Shown: positions 1 through 9,223, counted from the first letter of the stretch. The stretch: DNA of 64,000 bases from Candidatus Eiseniibacteriota bacterium (GCA_963744995.1 CAVUWA010000003.1:64001-128000); one strand, 5' to 3'. Notes: generated by a model not told the origin, from the sequence alone. Numbers and translations are program-made.

Positions 1-2
1 TC

Positions 3-854
3 GCCGAACGCCGCGGGGTCCAGACCGATCGCAGCGAGCCCCTCGGCGGTGACGACGTCCAGGACGCTCGAACGCACGAGGAACTCCCGCAGCGCCTGCG
101 GCAGCCGGCCGAGGACCTCTTCCTCGAAATAGGCTTCGCCGGCAGCTTCCGCGTTTCCGCCGGCGGACGCGGCTCCGAGCCCGAGCAGCACACACCAGCC
201 GCGGCTGCGCTCCCATGCCGCCTCGACGTCGTGCGCGGGGGCGTTCGTCCCGTGGGCGCCGGCCGCCCTCCGGTATTCCTCCAGATCGAATGCCAGATCC
301 GTTTCGGTGAGCACGAGCGCGCGCCCCTGCGCGACGAGCCGCTGCAGCGGAATGCCCGGCGCGCGGCGTGAGGCGATCAGCAGGCGCAGCCGTTCGCTGC
401 CCGGATCGATCAGCCGGCGCAGGCACGCCAGCGGGGCGGGTGCGTCGCCGATCGTTTCCGCGTTGTCGAGAATCAGCCGGCAGCCCGTACGGGCCATCTC
501 GTCGAAGAACAGCAGCAGGTCCTCGGCCCAGCGTTCGGGTTCGAATGCGCGGCGCTCGATGAGCCGGGCCAGCTCGGTCGAGCCGATCGCCGGAAGCACC
601 TCCGCGATGGCCGCCGTCAGGTAGCGGCAGAAACGCCGGGGATTCGCCTCGTCCTGATCGAGATGCAACCACGCGCTGGTGCGCGGCGAGGCGGCGGCAA
701 CCTGCCCGGCGAGCGTCGACTTGCCGTAGCCGGCAGGCGCCTGCAGAACGACGATCCGCCAGCGCGGATCGACGACCCGCTGAAGCAGACGCGGGCGCGG
801 CACCGCCGCCGGAGAGAGAACCGGCGGCCGGAGCTTCGAGCGGAGCAGGGCCAT
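3..854 (-). CDS. MalT-like STAND ATPase transcriptional regulator, N-terminal part (runs off the left edge)
   Basis: Not in the ORF track; manual translation from ATG at 854: MALLRSKLRPP...VPRPRLL...VVLQAPAGYGKSTL (Walker A), WLHLD..E.NP.RF, LILDNAE (Walker B), LIASR, DLAFD, RSRGW. This is the typical MalT/LuxR-BTAD N-terminus. Confidence 0.85.
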   Translation of the reverse strand, partial: MALLRSKLRPPVLSPAAVPRPRLLQRVVDPRWRIVVLQAPAGYGKSTLAGQVAAASPRTSAWLHLDQDEANPRRFCRYLTAAIAEVLPAIGSTELARLIERRAFEPERWAEDLLLFFDEMARTGCRLILDNAETIGDAPAPLACLRRLIDPGSERLRLLIASRRAPGIPLQRLVAQGRALVLTETDLAFDLEEYRRAAGAHGTNAPAHDVEAAWERSRGWCVLLGLGAASAGGNAEAAGEAYFEEEVLGRLPQALREFLVRSSVLDVVTAEGLAAIGLDPAAFG

Positions 855-911
855 GGCGACAACCCTATCGGCCGGAACCGGATACGGCAACGGACCGCGG
901 GCCGGTGCGAT

Positions 912-946
912 CCCGTGAGCGCCCCGTGAGCGCGGCCCGCTAGCGT
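912..946 (+). promoter_or_regulatory. Tandem direct repeat CCCGTGAGCGC x2 followed by -10 box TAGCGT
   Basis: Exact 11-bp repeats at 912-922 and 923-933; TAGCGT at 941-946; ATG at 955. Confidence 0.6.
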
Positions 947-954
947 TCCCATCC

Positions 955-1143
955 ATGAGAGAGCCTGCGGTGGTGTGGTCCAAACCCGAACGCTTTCTGG
1001 TGCTTCTCGCTCGAGGCGGCGCCGAGTGCCGCGGCAAGGTCGTCCGCCTCGCCGACTCATCCGAGCTGCGGTTCGAATCCATGGAAGAGCTGGTCGCCTG
1101 GCTGCAGGACCAGGCGCGTCCGCAACGCGGGCCCGGACGATGA
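955..1143 (+). CDS. Small hypothetical protein (62 aa)
   Basis: Protein-like composition (RFLVLL...RGKVVRLADSSELRFESMEELVAWL), -10 box 8 nt upstream, divergent from the regulator. Confidence 0.7.
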   Translation: MREPAVVWSKPERFLVLLARGGAECRGKVVRLADSSELRFESMEELVAWLQDQARPQRGPGR

Positions 1144-1389
1144 GGTCTGGCCATGGCGGCGCGCCGAGCGCGTGCGATCTGCCGCGCGCGGGCGGCGGGG
1201 TGCGGCCGCGCGCGCGTGGCGCTGAGGCGTGCGGGCCGCACGTGAGCGGGGGCCGGTGGCCGGTCGGGCTCCGGCCCTTCGCGGACTCGCGTGCGGGGCG
1301 ACGGGGCGGCGCCTGATCGGCACGGAACCACGATGCCCCCCGGCGGGCGCCCGCATCCGGTCGCAGCGGCACGCGGTGTCCGCGCTCCG

Positions 1390-2295
1390 CTAGAACAGCT
1401 CCCGCTGCGTCCACATGGACCTGGGCTCCACGACCTCGAGCCCGAGCCGGCGCTTCATCTCGTTCGCCGAAGCCGGCGAGTGCCCGGCCCAGTGGTTGTT
1501 GAAGTAGCCGTAGACCTCGCGCACCTCGGGGAGCGCGCGCTTCAGGTCCGCGTCCCATGCGCCGAAGGACTCCGCCCGCTCGATCTGCACGTGGGTGTAG
1601 GTTTCGATGTCGGCCCGATTCCCGAGCCAGCGCAGGTAGAGGAAGTCCGCGGTCACAGCGGTCACGCGCGGCAGGCGGCGCCACTCGGTCCAGGCGACCG
1701 CGGCGCGACGGCGGCGCAGCAGGTCGTAGATCGCCTCGTGATGCCAGGACGCGTCGCGGAACTCGACGGCGATCAGCGCTTCGGCGGGACACGCGGCGAG
1801 GAAGCGGTCGAGCACGCCCTCGGTGCCGGCGTCGCGCTGGAACTCGGCCGGCATCTGCACCAGCAGCGGCCCGCGCTTCTCCCCCAGCGGGTCGAGCGCA
1901 CGCACGAACTCGTTCATGTGCTCGCCGATCTTCGTGAGCTTCGCCTCGTGGGTGATGCGCTGCGGCACCTTGGCGGCGAAGCGGAAGTCGTCCGGCGTGT
2001 GGCGCGCCCAGGAGCGTACGACGCTCGGGCGCGGCGGATGGTAGAAGGTCGTGTCGAGTTCCACGGTGTCGAACACCTGGCCGTAGAACGGCAGATAGTC
2101 CTCCTGCTTGCTCGCGGGCGGATAGAACGTGCCGATCCAGTCCGGGTAGGACCAGCCCTGCGTGCCGATGCGGATCCGCGCGGGCCCGGCCGGCTCCTCG
2201 GTGCGCCGTTCGGCCGCGCGGCGCTCGCCGGCGCGGCGGTCGCCCCGGCGCCGGTCCCGGCCGCGCCGCTCCTCGCGTTCGGGCGGAATGCTCAT
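1390..2295 (-). CDS. DUF72 (YecE-like) TIM-barrel protein
   Basis: IRIGTQGWSYPDW, VELDTTFY, FAAKVPQRITH, AVEFRDASW, YLRWLG, YFNNH motifs. Confidence 0.92.
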   Translation of the reverse strand: MSIPPEREERRGRDRRRGDRRAGERRAAERRTEEPAGPARIRIGTQGWSYPDWIGTFYPPASKQEDYLPFYGQVFDTVELDTTFYHPPRPSVVRSWARHTPDDFRFAAKVPQRITHEAKLTKIGEHMNEFVRALDPLGEKRGPLLVQMPAEFQRDAGTEGVLDRFLAACPAEALIAVEFRDASWHHEAIYDLLRRRRAAVAWTEWRRLPRVTAVTADFLYLRWLGNRADIETYTHVQIERAESFGAWDADLKRALPEVREVYGYFNNHWAGHSPASANEMKRRLGLEVVEPRSMWTQRELF

Positions 2296-3254
2296 CGTCG
2301 CTGCTCCTCCCTTCCCCCGCGCGGCGCCGCGCCGGCGCCCGCGCCGCCTTCAGCTGTTCCGAGCGCGGATCCCATGGCGGCATCGCGCACATCGCCGAGC
2401 AGGTGCGTTTCGAAGAACGCGCGCACCCGGCGTTCGTATTCTTCGCGGTGCGTCACCCAGCCCTCGGTGTGGCCCGCGTCCTCGACCAGCCAGATCTCGT
2501 CCCTGGAGCCCGCCGCGCGCCACAGGTCGCGGGCCTCTTCCGGCGCGAGACGATCATCGTGCCCGGCGTGGATGAAGAATACCGGACGGTCGGCCAGCGC
2601 GCGCGCGGCGGGGATCACGTCGATCGCCCCCGGGTCGAAACCGGTCACCAGCCGTCCGAGCCCGCGGGCGATCGGCACGGCCGGCCAGCGCGGCAGATGC
2701 GCCTTTCGGCGGAACGAGTCCTCGAGCGCGCGCTCGCCGCTCTCGAACGGGCAGTCCGCGACCACGCCCATGACATCCGGATGTCGGGCCGCGAGCAGCA
2801 GAGCCGTCGAGGCGCCGAGCGACTCGCCGAACACCCCGGCCGGCTGCCGTCGGCCCCACGGCTGACGCCGCATCCACCTCCACGCGGCGTCGGCATCCTC
2901 GAGCTCGTAGTGGCCGAGCGTGGTCGGCGCCCGGCGTCGCGCCCGCGAGGAGCGGAAATCGATCGTCACGAGCGTATAGCCGTCATGCCTGAGGAATGCG
3001 GCGTAGCGCCATGCGCGGTCGTGCTTCCGGCCGTAGCCGTGGAGCAGCAGGATCACGCCCGGGCCGTCTCCGTGCAGCACCCAGCCGTCGAGCGAGTCGG
3101 CCGTGCCGACCGGAATCGTCACGCGCTCGGCTTCCGCGTCGAGGTTGCGCGCGCCACCGAGATCCGCGGGCAGCGGCGGGTAGAACAGCAGCCACGCCGA
3201 GCCCAGCACCAGGAACGCCACCGCGGCGGACGCGAGACTCAGCGTGCGGCGCAT
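2292..3254 (-). CDS. Membrane-anchored alpha/beta hydrolase
   Basis: N-terminal TM helix, LLHGY, nucleophile elbow GESLG, Asp (HAGHDDRL) and His (DAGHT). Confidence 0.88.
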   Translation of the reverse strand: MRRTLSLASAAVAFLVLGSAWLLFYPPLPADLGGARNLDAEAERVTIPVGTADSLDGWVLHGDGPGVILLLHGYGRKHDRAWRYAAFLRHDGYTLVTIDFRSSRARRRAPTTLGHYELEDADAAWRWMRRQPWGRRQPAGVFGESLGASTALLLAARHPDVMGVVADCPFESGERALEDSFRRKAHLPRWPAVPIARGLGRLVTGFDPGAIDVIPAARALADRPVFFIHAGHDDRLAPEEARDLWRAAGSRDEIWLVEDAGHTEGWVTHREEYERRVRAFFETHLLGDVRDAAMGSALGTAEGGAGAGAAPRGGREEQRR

Positions 3255-3300
3255 GACGCAACGCGCCCCGGTGCACCCGACGCGCGCCCCGGGATGGAAC

Positions 3301-3326
3301 GGGCGCCGGCCGCCCGGCCGGCGCCC
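3301..3326. terminator. GC-rich hairpin downstream of citrate synthase
   Basis: GGGCGCCGGCC-gccc-GGCCGGCGCCC perfect 11-bp stem; no strong U-tract. Confidence 0.4.
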
Positions 3327-3338
3327 CGGTTCGAGAAG

Positions 3339-4490
3339 CTACTTGCGTTCGACCTTCAGCCCCCTGGGCCCGATGTACTCCGACTTCGGACGGATGAGGT
3401 GGTCCTCGGCGTGCTGCTCGATGACGTGCGCGCACCAGCCGGCGACGCGGCCGCACGCGAACATCGCCACGAACGACTGCGGCTCGAGGCCGATGCCCTG
3501 CAGCACGAGAGCCGTGTAGAACTCGACGTTGGTGCGGAGATTGCGGCCCGGTTTGACCTCGTCGAGCACCTTGATCGCGACCTTCTCGACCTCGAGGGCG
3601 AGATCGAACAGCTTCCGGTTTTCGAGCTTCGCCTGCGTCATCGCTTCGGCCGCGCCGCTCAGCACTTCGGCGCGCGGATCGCGCACCTTGTACACGCGAT
3701 GACCGAAGCCCATGATCCGCCGCCCCTCGGCGATCTCGTTGCGCAGCCACTTCTCGGCGTTGTCGAGCGAGCCGATGTCCACCAGCATGTCGAGTACGGG
3801 ACCCGGCGCGCCGCCGTGCAGTGGTCCCTTGAGCGCTCCAATCGCCCCGGTGACCGCGCTCACCATGTCGGAGCGCGTGCTGGCGATCACCCGGCCGGTG
3901 AACGTCGAGGCATTCATGCCGTGGTCGATCACCGTCACCCAGTAGGTGTCGAGCGCCTTCGCCGCGATCGGATCCGGTTCCCGGCCATGCACCATGTAGA
4001 GGAAGTTCGCGGCCAGCCCGAGATCCTCGCGCGGTTCGATCACCTCGAGGCCCTTCGAGAGCCGTGCGTGCGCGGCGACGATCGTCGGGAATCGCGCGGT
4101 GATCATCATGGCGCGGTCGACCTCGGTGTCGTGGTCGATGGCGTCGGGATGTTCGAGATCGAGCGACAGGGTGGCGGCGGCCATGCGCAGGGTGTCGATC
4201 GGCGATGCCTTCGCCACGACCGCGGCGCGCACGACGGCCATGGTGGTCGTCGGCAGCGCCCGATACTTCGCCATTCTGCGACGCTGGTCGGCGATCTCTT
4301 CGGCGCCCGGCAGGTGTCCACGCCAGAGCAGGTATGCAGCTTCGCCGAACGCGACCTTGCCGGCGAGCTCTTTGAGTTCGTAGCCGCCGATGATCAGCTC
4401 GCCGGCGAGGCCATCCACCTGGCTCATGCGTGTCTGTGCGGCGACGACGCCATCGAGTCCACGATGGAATGTGGTGGTGCTGTCAGCCAT
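3339..4490 (-). CDS. Citrate synthase / methylcitrate synthase family (short type)
   Basis: GLDGVVAA, DHGMNASTF, LKGPLHGGA, MGFGHRVYKVRDPRA, NVEFY; AAAGGAG RBS. Confidence 0.93.
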   Translation of the reverse strand: MADSTTTFHRGLDGVVAAQTRMSQVDGLAGELIIGGYELKELAGKVAFGEAAYLLWRGHLPGAEEIADQRRRMAKYRALPTTTMAVVRAAVVAKASPIDTLRMAAATLSLDLEHPDAIDHDTEVDRAMMITARFPTIVAAHARLSKGLEVIEPREDLGLAANFLYMVHGREPDPIAAKALDTYWVTVIDHGMNASTFTGRVIASTRSDMVSAVTGAIGALKGPLHGGAPGPVLDMLVDIGSLDNAEKWLRNEIAEGRRIMGFGHRVYKVRDPRAEVLSGAAEAMTQAKLENRKLFDLALEVEKVAIKVLDEVKPGRNLRTNVEFYTALVLQGIGLEPQSFVAMFACGRVAGWCAHVIEQHAEDHLIRPKSEYIGPRGLKVERK

Positions 4491-4513
4491 GTTGCTCTCC
4501 TTTCGGCCTCATG

Positions 4514-4789
4514 TCATCGCCCGCGAGCGCGAGCGTCGTGATGGCTGGAAGATCCGTGCGACCGTGGGTGGCGTGGCGCGAACGCGTACCACTCGTAGAG
4601 CGGGTGGTTGGCCAGGGTGACCATCGCCACGGCGATCATCGGCGTGCCGATCGCCGCCAGATAGAGGATCTGCGCCGGCGCGGGCAGCGGCCGCCGCACG
4701 GCCTCGCCGCCGATGATCGGCCACCACATGAGCACGGCCGCGCACGACGTCGCCATCAGGATCACGAGCGCTGAAAACAAGACTCTCAC
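4514..4789 (-). CDS. Short membrane protein resembling the C-terminal part of cytochrome c oxidase assembly factor CtaG (fragment or pseudogene)
   Basis: AVLMWWPII...QILYL...PM...VTLANHPLYEWYAFAPR matches the Caa3_CtaG C-terminal pattern; GGGAG upstream of the GTG. Confidence 0.5.
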   Translation of the reverse strand: MRVLFSALVILMATSCAAVLMWWPIIGGEAVRRPLPAPAQILYLAAIGTPMIAVAMVTLANHPLYEWYAFAPRHPRSHGSSSHHDARARGR

Positions 4790-4852
4790 GGCGCACTCCC
4801 TGTCACGCGGCCCCTGCGTCGGTGTCCAACCGCGGATCTTAACCGATGGGCG

Positions 4853-6007
4853 TCAGGCGCCAAACCGCTCGAGGAAGATTCCGGTATGCGCGCCGAGTGC
4901 GGGCGGTGCGTGGCGCACCGCGGGGCGCCTGCCTCCGGCCCGCCAGGGCGTGCCGACGAGATCCGCCCCGCCGCCGGATGCCTGCCTGAGAATCATCCCG
5001 CGCGCTTCCAGCACCGGATCGCGCAGGGCCTCGTGCACCTCGCGCACCGGGCCCGCCGGCACCCGCGCGCCGGCGAGCGCCTCGAGCCAGCGGTCGCGCG
5101 GTGCGGCGCGGAAGCGTTCGGCGAGGACGCCGACGACCTCCCCACGGTGCAGCACGCGACCCTCGTTTCCGGCATAGCGTGGATCTTCGGCCAGTGCGTC
5201 CAGCCCGACCGCGACGCACAACCTTTGCCACTGGGCGTCGTTGCCGACCGCCACCACCAGTGCGCCGTCCGCCGCCTCGAACGTCTGGTACGGGACGATC
5301 TGCGGGTGCGCGTTGCCGTGACGTCGTGCCGGCCGGCCGCTCGCGAGCGCCGCCTGCGAGACGTTGACGAGCGAGGCCACGCCGACCTCGAAGAGCGCCA
5401 CGTCCAGATGCACGCCGCCGCGCCCGCGCAACCGCCCGGCGAGCGCGCCGAGAATCGCCGCCGCCGCGTGCGCGCCGGTGAGCACGTCCACCACCGCGAC
5501 GCCCACCTTGCAGGGCGGGCCGTCCTCCGGACCGGTGATGCTCATGAGCCCCGTGAATCCCTGCAGCACCGCGTCGTACCCCGGCAGGTGCGCGTAGGGA
5601 CCGTCCTGGCCGAAGCCGGTGATCGAGCACACGACGAGATCCGGGTGGAGCCCGATCAACCGTGCCGGGTCGAGCCCGAAGCGCTCGAGATCGCCGGGCA
5701 GGAAGTTCTCGACCACGACGTCCGCCTCGCGCGCCGCGGCGAGGATCGCGTCGCGGTGCGCAGGATCCGAGAAGTCGAGGGCGGCGCTGCGCTTGTTGCG
5801 GTTCACCGACAGGAAGTACGCCGACTGCCCGCCCACGAACGGCGGTCCCCACGCGCGCGTCTCGTCGCCCGTCCCCGGGCGCTCGATCTTCCACACGTCG
5901 GCACCCATGTCACCGAGCATCTGCGTCGCATACGGGCCCGCAAGTACGCGCGACAGATCGAGCACGGTGAGGCCTTCGAGCGGGGCCTCCGCCGCGGGCA
6001 TGCTCAT
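4853..6007 (-). CDS. CaiB/BaiF family (class III) CoA-transferase
   Basis: PLEGLTVLDLSRVLAGP, GADVWKIERPGTGDETR, NRNKRS, DVVVENF, SITGFGQDGPY, PGYD. Confidence 0.95.
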   Translation of the reverse strand: MSMPAAEAPLEGLTVLDLSRVLAGPYATQMLGDMGADVWKIERPGTGDETRAWGPPFVGGQSAYFLSVNRNKRSAALDFSDPAHRDAILAAAREADVVVENFLPGDLERFGLDPARLIGLHPDLVVCSITGFGQDGPYAHLPGYDAVLQGFTGLMSITGPEDGPPCKVGVAVVDVLTGAHAAAAILGALAGRLRGRGGVHLDVALFEVGVASLVNVSQAALASGRPARRHGNAHPQIVPYQTFEAADGALVVAVGNDAQWQRLCVAVGLDALAEDPRYAGNEGRVLHRGEVVGVLAERFRAAPRDRWLEALAGARVPAGPVREVHEALRDPVLEARGMILRQASGGGADLVGTPWRAGGRRPAVRHAPPALGAHTGIFLERFGA

Positions 6008-6016
6008 GTGTCGCGG

Positions 6017-7657
6017 TCAGCCCGCCGGGGCGAGGTCACGGATCAGGTGGCGGGGATCGAGCTTCTCGCCGGTCGCATGGGAAAGCGTCTCATTCCACGG
6101 GCGGCGCCTGCCCGGGCGGAACACCCTTTCGATCATGAAGCGCCCGACCCGGGGATCCTCGACGTAGCGCGACCAGACGTCGGCGCCGCCGCCGAGCACG
6201 GTCCCCTGCAGATGATGCTGAAGTTGCGACGCGGTCATCTCGCCGAGCAGGTAGTTGTGGTAGTAGACCGGCGCCGCAGTGAAGTGGATCTTGCTCGCCC
6301 AGTCGGGGGCGTGGCGGTCCGCGGGCCGCGCGAGAAGCTGGAATCGCTCGACGAGATCCCACCACAGCGTGTCGAGATCCTGATCCGGGTCCGCATAGAG
6401 CGCCCGCTCCATGTGGCACATCACCAGAATCCAGCGTGCGGCGAGGAGCAGCTGCGCCCGCGTCGCCTCACGCGCCCCCGCCGCGATGCGCCCGGCCTCC
6501 GCACGCGGCACCCGGGCATAGCGTTCGAGCCACGCCGCGTTGCGCGAGAGCCGCCCGAACAGCATCGCCGTCGCCTCGGTGGTCATGATGTGCGCATGCG
6601 TACGAAGCAGGTACGGCAGGTCGCGCGACACGTGGGTTTCGTACGCGGCGTGACCCAGTTCGTGCAGCAGGGTACCCATCCATTTCTCGTCGGGGCGCAG
6701 ATTGCACAGCACCCGCACGTCACCCTCGCGATCCACCGGCATGCAGAACGCGTGCTGGCACTTGCCCGGACGCTCGTAGAGATCCGCACGCTTCATCACC
6801 GGGTGCACGTCCAGCCCGATCGCGTCGAAGAATGCGAGCGCCATGTCCTCGAGCGAGGCCTTCTCGAAATAGGCGTCGAGCTTCGTCTCGGTCGCCGGGG
6901 CCTGCTGGAAGAACGGATCGGCCATGTGCCACGGCCGCACGTCGGCGGAGGCGATGCCGAAGCGCTCCGCCAGCCGCGCATCGAGCTCCGCGCGCCATGC
7001 CTCGAACAGCGGCTGCGTCCCCTGCTCCACGCGGTCGAGGATGGCGAACAGCTCCGTGCGGTCGATCTCGCGCAGCTCGAGCATCATCGTGTAGTAGTCC
7101 GGGTAGCCGATACTCCGCGCGCTCTCGTTACGCAGCCGCACCAGGGCGAGCAGGTCGTTCACGATCGCCGCGCCAACCTGTTTGGACGCCTCCCATGCCC
7201 GTCGCCGCAGCGCGAGGTCGTCGGAACCGCGCAGGATCTCGAGAATCCGGTTGTCGGTGATCTTCTCGCCGTCGAGCTCGGCGCGGAACGTGTTCAGCCG
7301 GTGCTCGAGCGCTTTCTCCATGCGGACCGTGCGCTCGATGGTCTCGGGCGGCAGCTGATTCGGGCGGTGGTCGTTCACGAGCAGCGTGAGCTGACGAGCG
7401 AGCACCGGGTCGTCGACCCCGCCCGCCGCGGCGATCCCGTCGAGGAGCGCCCATGCCTCGGGGCGTGCGTACATCTGCTGGTACTTCGTGCCCAGCTCTG
7501 CGCCGAGCTCCGCGTAGCGCTGCTCGCCGGTGACGTTCACCTGCCACTCGGCTTCGTGATATTCGCGCGCCAGCGGCGCCTGCTCGGCGACGAAGTCGCG
7601 GATGAACCCCTCGAGCGCGGCTTCGCGCGCCTCGATGCTGTCGAGCGTGGACGACAT
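6017..7657 (-). CDS. M3/M2-like zinc oligopeptidase
   Basis: HELGH zinc motif, downstream TEATA, DLYERPGK, HF...PVYYHNY. Confidence 0.9.
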   Translation of the reverse strand: MSSTLDSIEAREAALEGFIRDFVAEQAPLAREYHEAEWQVNVTGEQRYAELGAELGTKYQQMYARPEAWALLDGIAAAGGVDDPVLARQLTLLVNDHRPNQLPPETIERTVRMEKALEHRLNTFRAELDGEKITDNRILEILRGSDDLALRRRAWEASKQVGAAIVNDLLALVRLRNESARSIGYPDYYTMMLELREIDRTELFAILDRVEQGTQPLFEAWRAELDARLAERFGIASADVRPWHMADPFFQQAPATETKLDAYFEKASLEDMALAFFDAIGLDVHPVMKRADLYERPGKCQHAFCMPVDREGDVRVLCNLRPDEKWMGTLLHELGHAAYETHVSRDLPYLLRTHAHIMTTEATAMLFGRLSRNAAWLERYARVPRAEAGRIAAGAREATRAQLLLAARWILVMCHMERALYADPDQDLDTLWWDLVERFQLLARPADRHAPDWASKIHFTAAPVYYHNYLLGEMTASQLQHHLQGTVLGGGADVWSRYVEDPRVGRFMIERVFRPGRRRPWNETLSHATGEKLDPRHLIRDLAPAG

Positions 7658-7676
7658 CGTGCCCCCCCCGGTGGAA

Positions 7677-8489
7677 TCAGCGTCTCGATGCGAGTCGGCG
7701 GTAGAGTTGCGGCCTGCGCGCGGCGAACAGGTCGGAGTAACGGCTGATGGACTTGTCGCGGGCCTCGTCCAGATCGATCCCGGTCGCCATCGCGCAGCTT
7801 TCGGACTTTCCGGCGCGCGCGAGCACCTCGCCCGCGGGCCCGACGATCTGGCTCTTCCCCGTGAACGTCAGCGTGCCGCCCGGACGCCGGTCGGCACCGG
7901 TGCGGTTCGCGGTGACGACATAGACCCGGTTTTCGATCGCACGTGTGCGGATCGCCTCGGTCGTGTTCGCGAACACCAGATTCGACGGATGCACGAGCAC
8001 GTCGGCGCCCATGAGCGCCAGCGCGCGCGACAACTCCGGGAAACGCCAGTCGAAGCAGATCATGAGCCCGATCTGCGCACGACCGACGCGGTGGATCGCG
8101 GGCGGCAGGTTGCCGGCCGAGAACCAGTGGCGCTCGCGGTCGAACAGGTGGAGCTTGCGGTACACGGCCCGCACTCCCGCCGGACCCACCAGCAGCGCGC
8201 TGTTGTAGACGCGGCCGCGGTGACGCTCGGGGAAACCGGCGACGTAGGTGCGGCGCTCGCGGCGTGCAGCGGACTTCAGAGCGCGGGCCGTGGGGCCGCT
8301 GCGGGCGTCTTCGGCCAGCGCCTGGACCTCGGCGTGGCTCGAGAACACGTAACCCGAAGACCAGAGTTCGGGTAGCACGACGAGATCGGCGTGGACGCCG
8401 GCCGCCAGGGCAAGGCCCCGCTCGAGATTCTCATCGACGCGCCCGAAACGCGGACGCCCCTGCACGAATGCCACGCGAAAACCCGCCAC
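7677..8489 (-). CDS. Carbon-nitrogen hydrolase (nitrilase/amidase family)
   Basis: Glu-Lys-Cys triad: VLPEL, YRKLHLF, ICFDWRFPE. Start set at GTG 8489. Confidence 0.92.
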   Translation of the reverse strand: MAGFRVAFVQGRPRFGRVDENLERGLALAAGVHADLVVLPELWSSGYVFSSHAEVQALAEDARSGPTARALKSAARRERRTYVAGFPERHRGRVYNSALLVGPAGVRAVYRKLHLFDRERHWFSAGNLPPAIHRVGRAQIGLMICFDWRFPELSRALALMGADVLVHPSNLVFANTTEAIRTRAIENRVYVVTANRTGADRRPGGTLTFTGKSQIVGPAGEVLARAGKSESCAMATGIDLDEARDKSISRYSDLFAARRPQLYRRLASRR

Positions 8490-8698
8490 GCACGGCAACG
8501 TAGCGGGTTTGGCGGCGCGGTCAAGCCGGGCCGGGCGTGCGGCCGGGCGGCCCCGCGGCGCGGCGGCAGGAAGCCACATGGCGCCCGGCATCCTGGTGCT
8601 GCCGGGCGCCCGGCGGGAGCTCAGGCCGCGCGCGGCGCGGCGCCCGTCCCGTGAACCGGACAGCCTGCGCGGCGCGCGCCCGGCGCGCCGTCACAGGT

Positions 8699-9223
8699 TC
8701 AGCCGACCGGCGCCGTATCGCCTGCGCCGAGCCCGGCCAGCGGCGCCCCGGCACTCTCCGGCAGGATCACCTCGCTCACCGCGGCGGCGTCTACCAGATG
8801 GACGCCGGCGCCGGTCAGCAGGACGAAGAAGCCCGTACCGAGCTGGTTCATGTAGTCGGAGACGCGCTGGGTCTCGCGGTGGAGCGGCATCCACACGCGG
8901 CCGCCGAGCTGGGTGCCGTCCATGAGCACGATCTCGGCCTCTTCCTCGCGCCACGGCAGGAAGCCGCGCGAGAAGATGTCACTCTGGAGCACCTGTCGGC
9001 CCGGCGTGACGCGCGTTACGCGCGACTTGTTGAAGAGGTGGCTGCGGCCCTCCTCACCCACCGCGACGGGCAGGAACGGCGCCGACTCGTTCAGCTTCTG
9101 GAGAATCGTCTGGTGCTGGCCGGATTCGGCGTCCAGATCGAGAAACACGAAACCCTGGACGCCCTGCCGGTCGCCCGACCAGATCGTCACCGGAATGCGG
9201 CGCTTCGGAATGTAGTGGTCCAA
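8699..9223 (-). CDS. Hypothetical protein with two tandem DUF6812-like domains
   Basis: Two internal repeats of pattern G.V...(L/M)N....F..+.....H+.(N/D)..+..V; GGAGG 5 nt before TTG at 9223. Confidence 0.7.
   Translation of the reverse strand: MDHYIPKRRIPVTIWSGDRQGVQGFVFLDLDAESGQHQTILQKLNESAPFLPVAVGEEGRSHLFNKSRVTRVTPGRQVLQSDIFSRGFLPWREEEAEIVLMDGTQLGGRVWMPLHRETQRVSDYMNQLGTGFFVLLTGAGVHLVDAAAVSEVILPESAGAPLAGLGAGDTAPVG

Noticed and set aside
8580..8610. 11-bp inverted repeat GGCGCCCGGCA...TGCCGGGCGCC
   Set aside because: A single GC-rich hairpin after a gene end with no other copies noticed; probably an ordinary terminator or stabiliser, not a mobile repeat.
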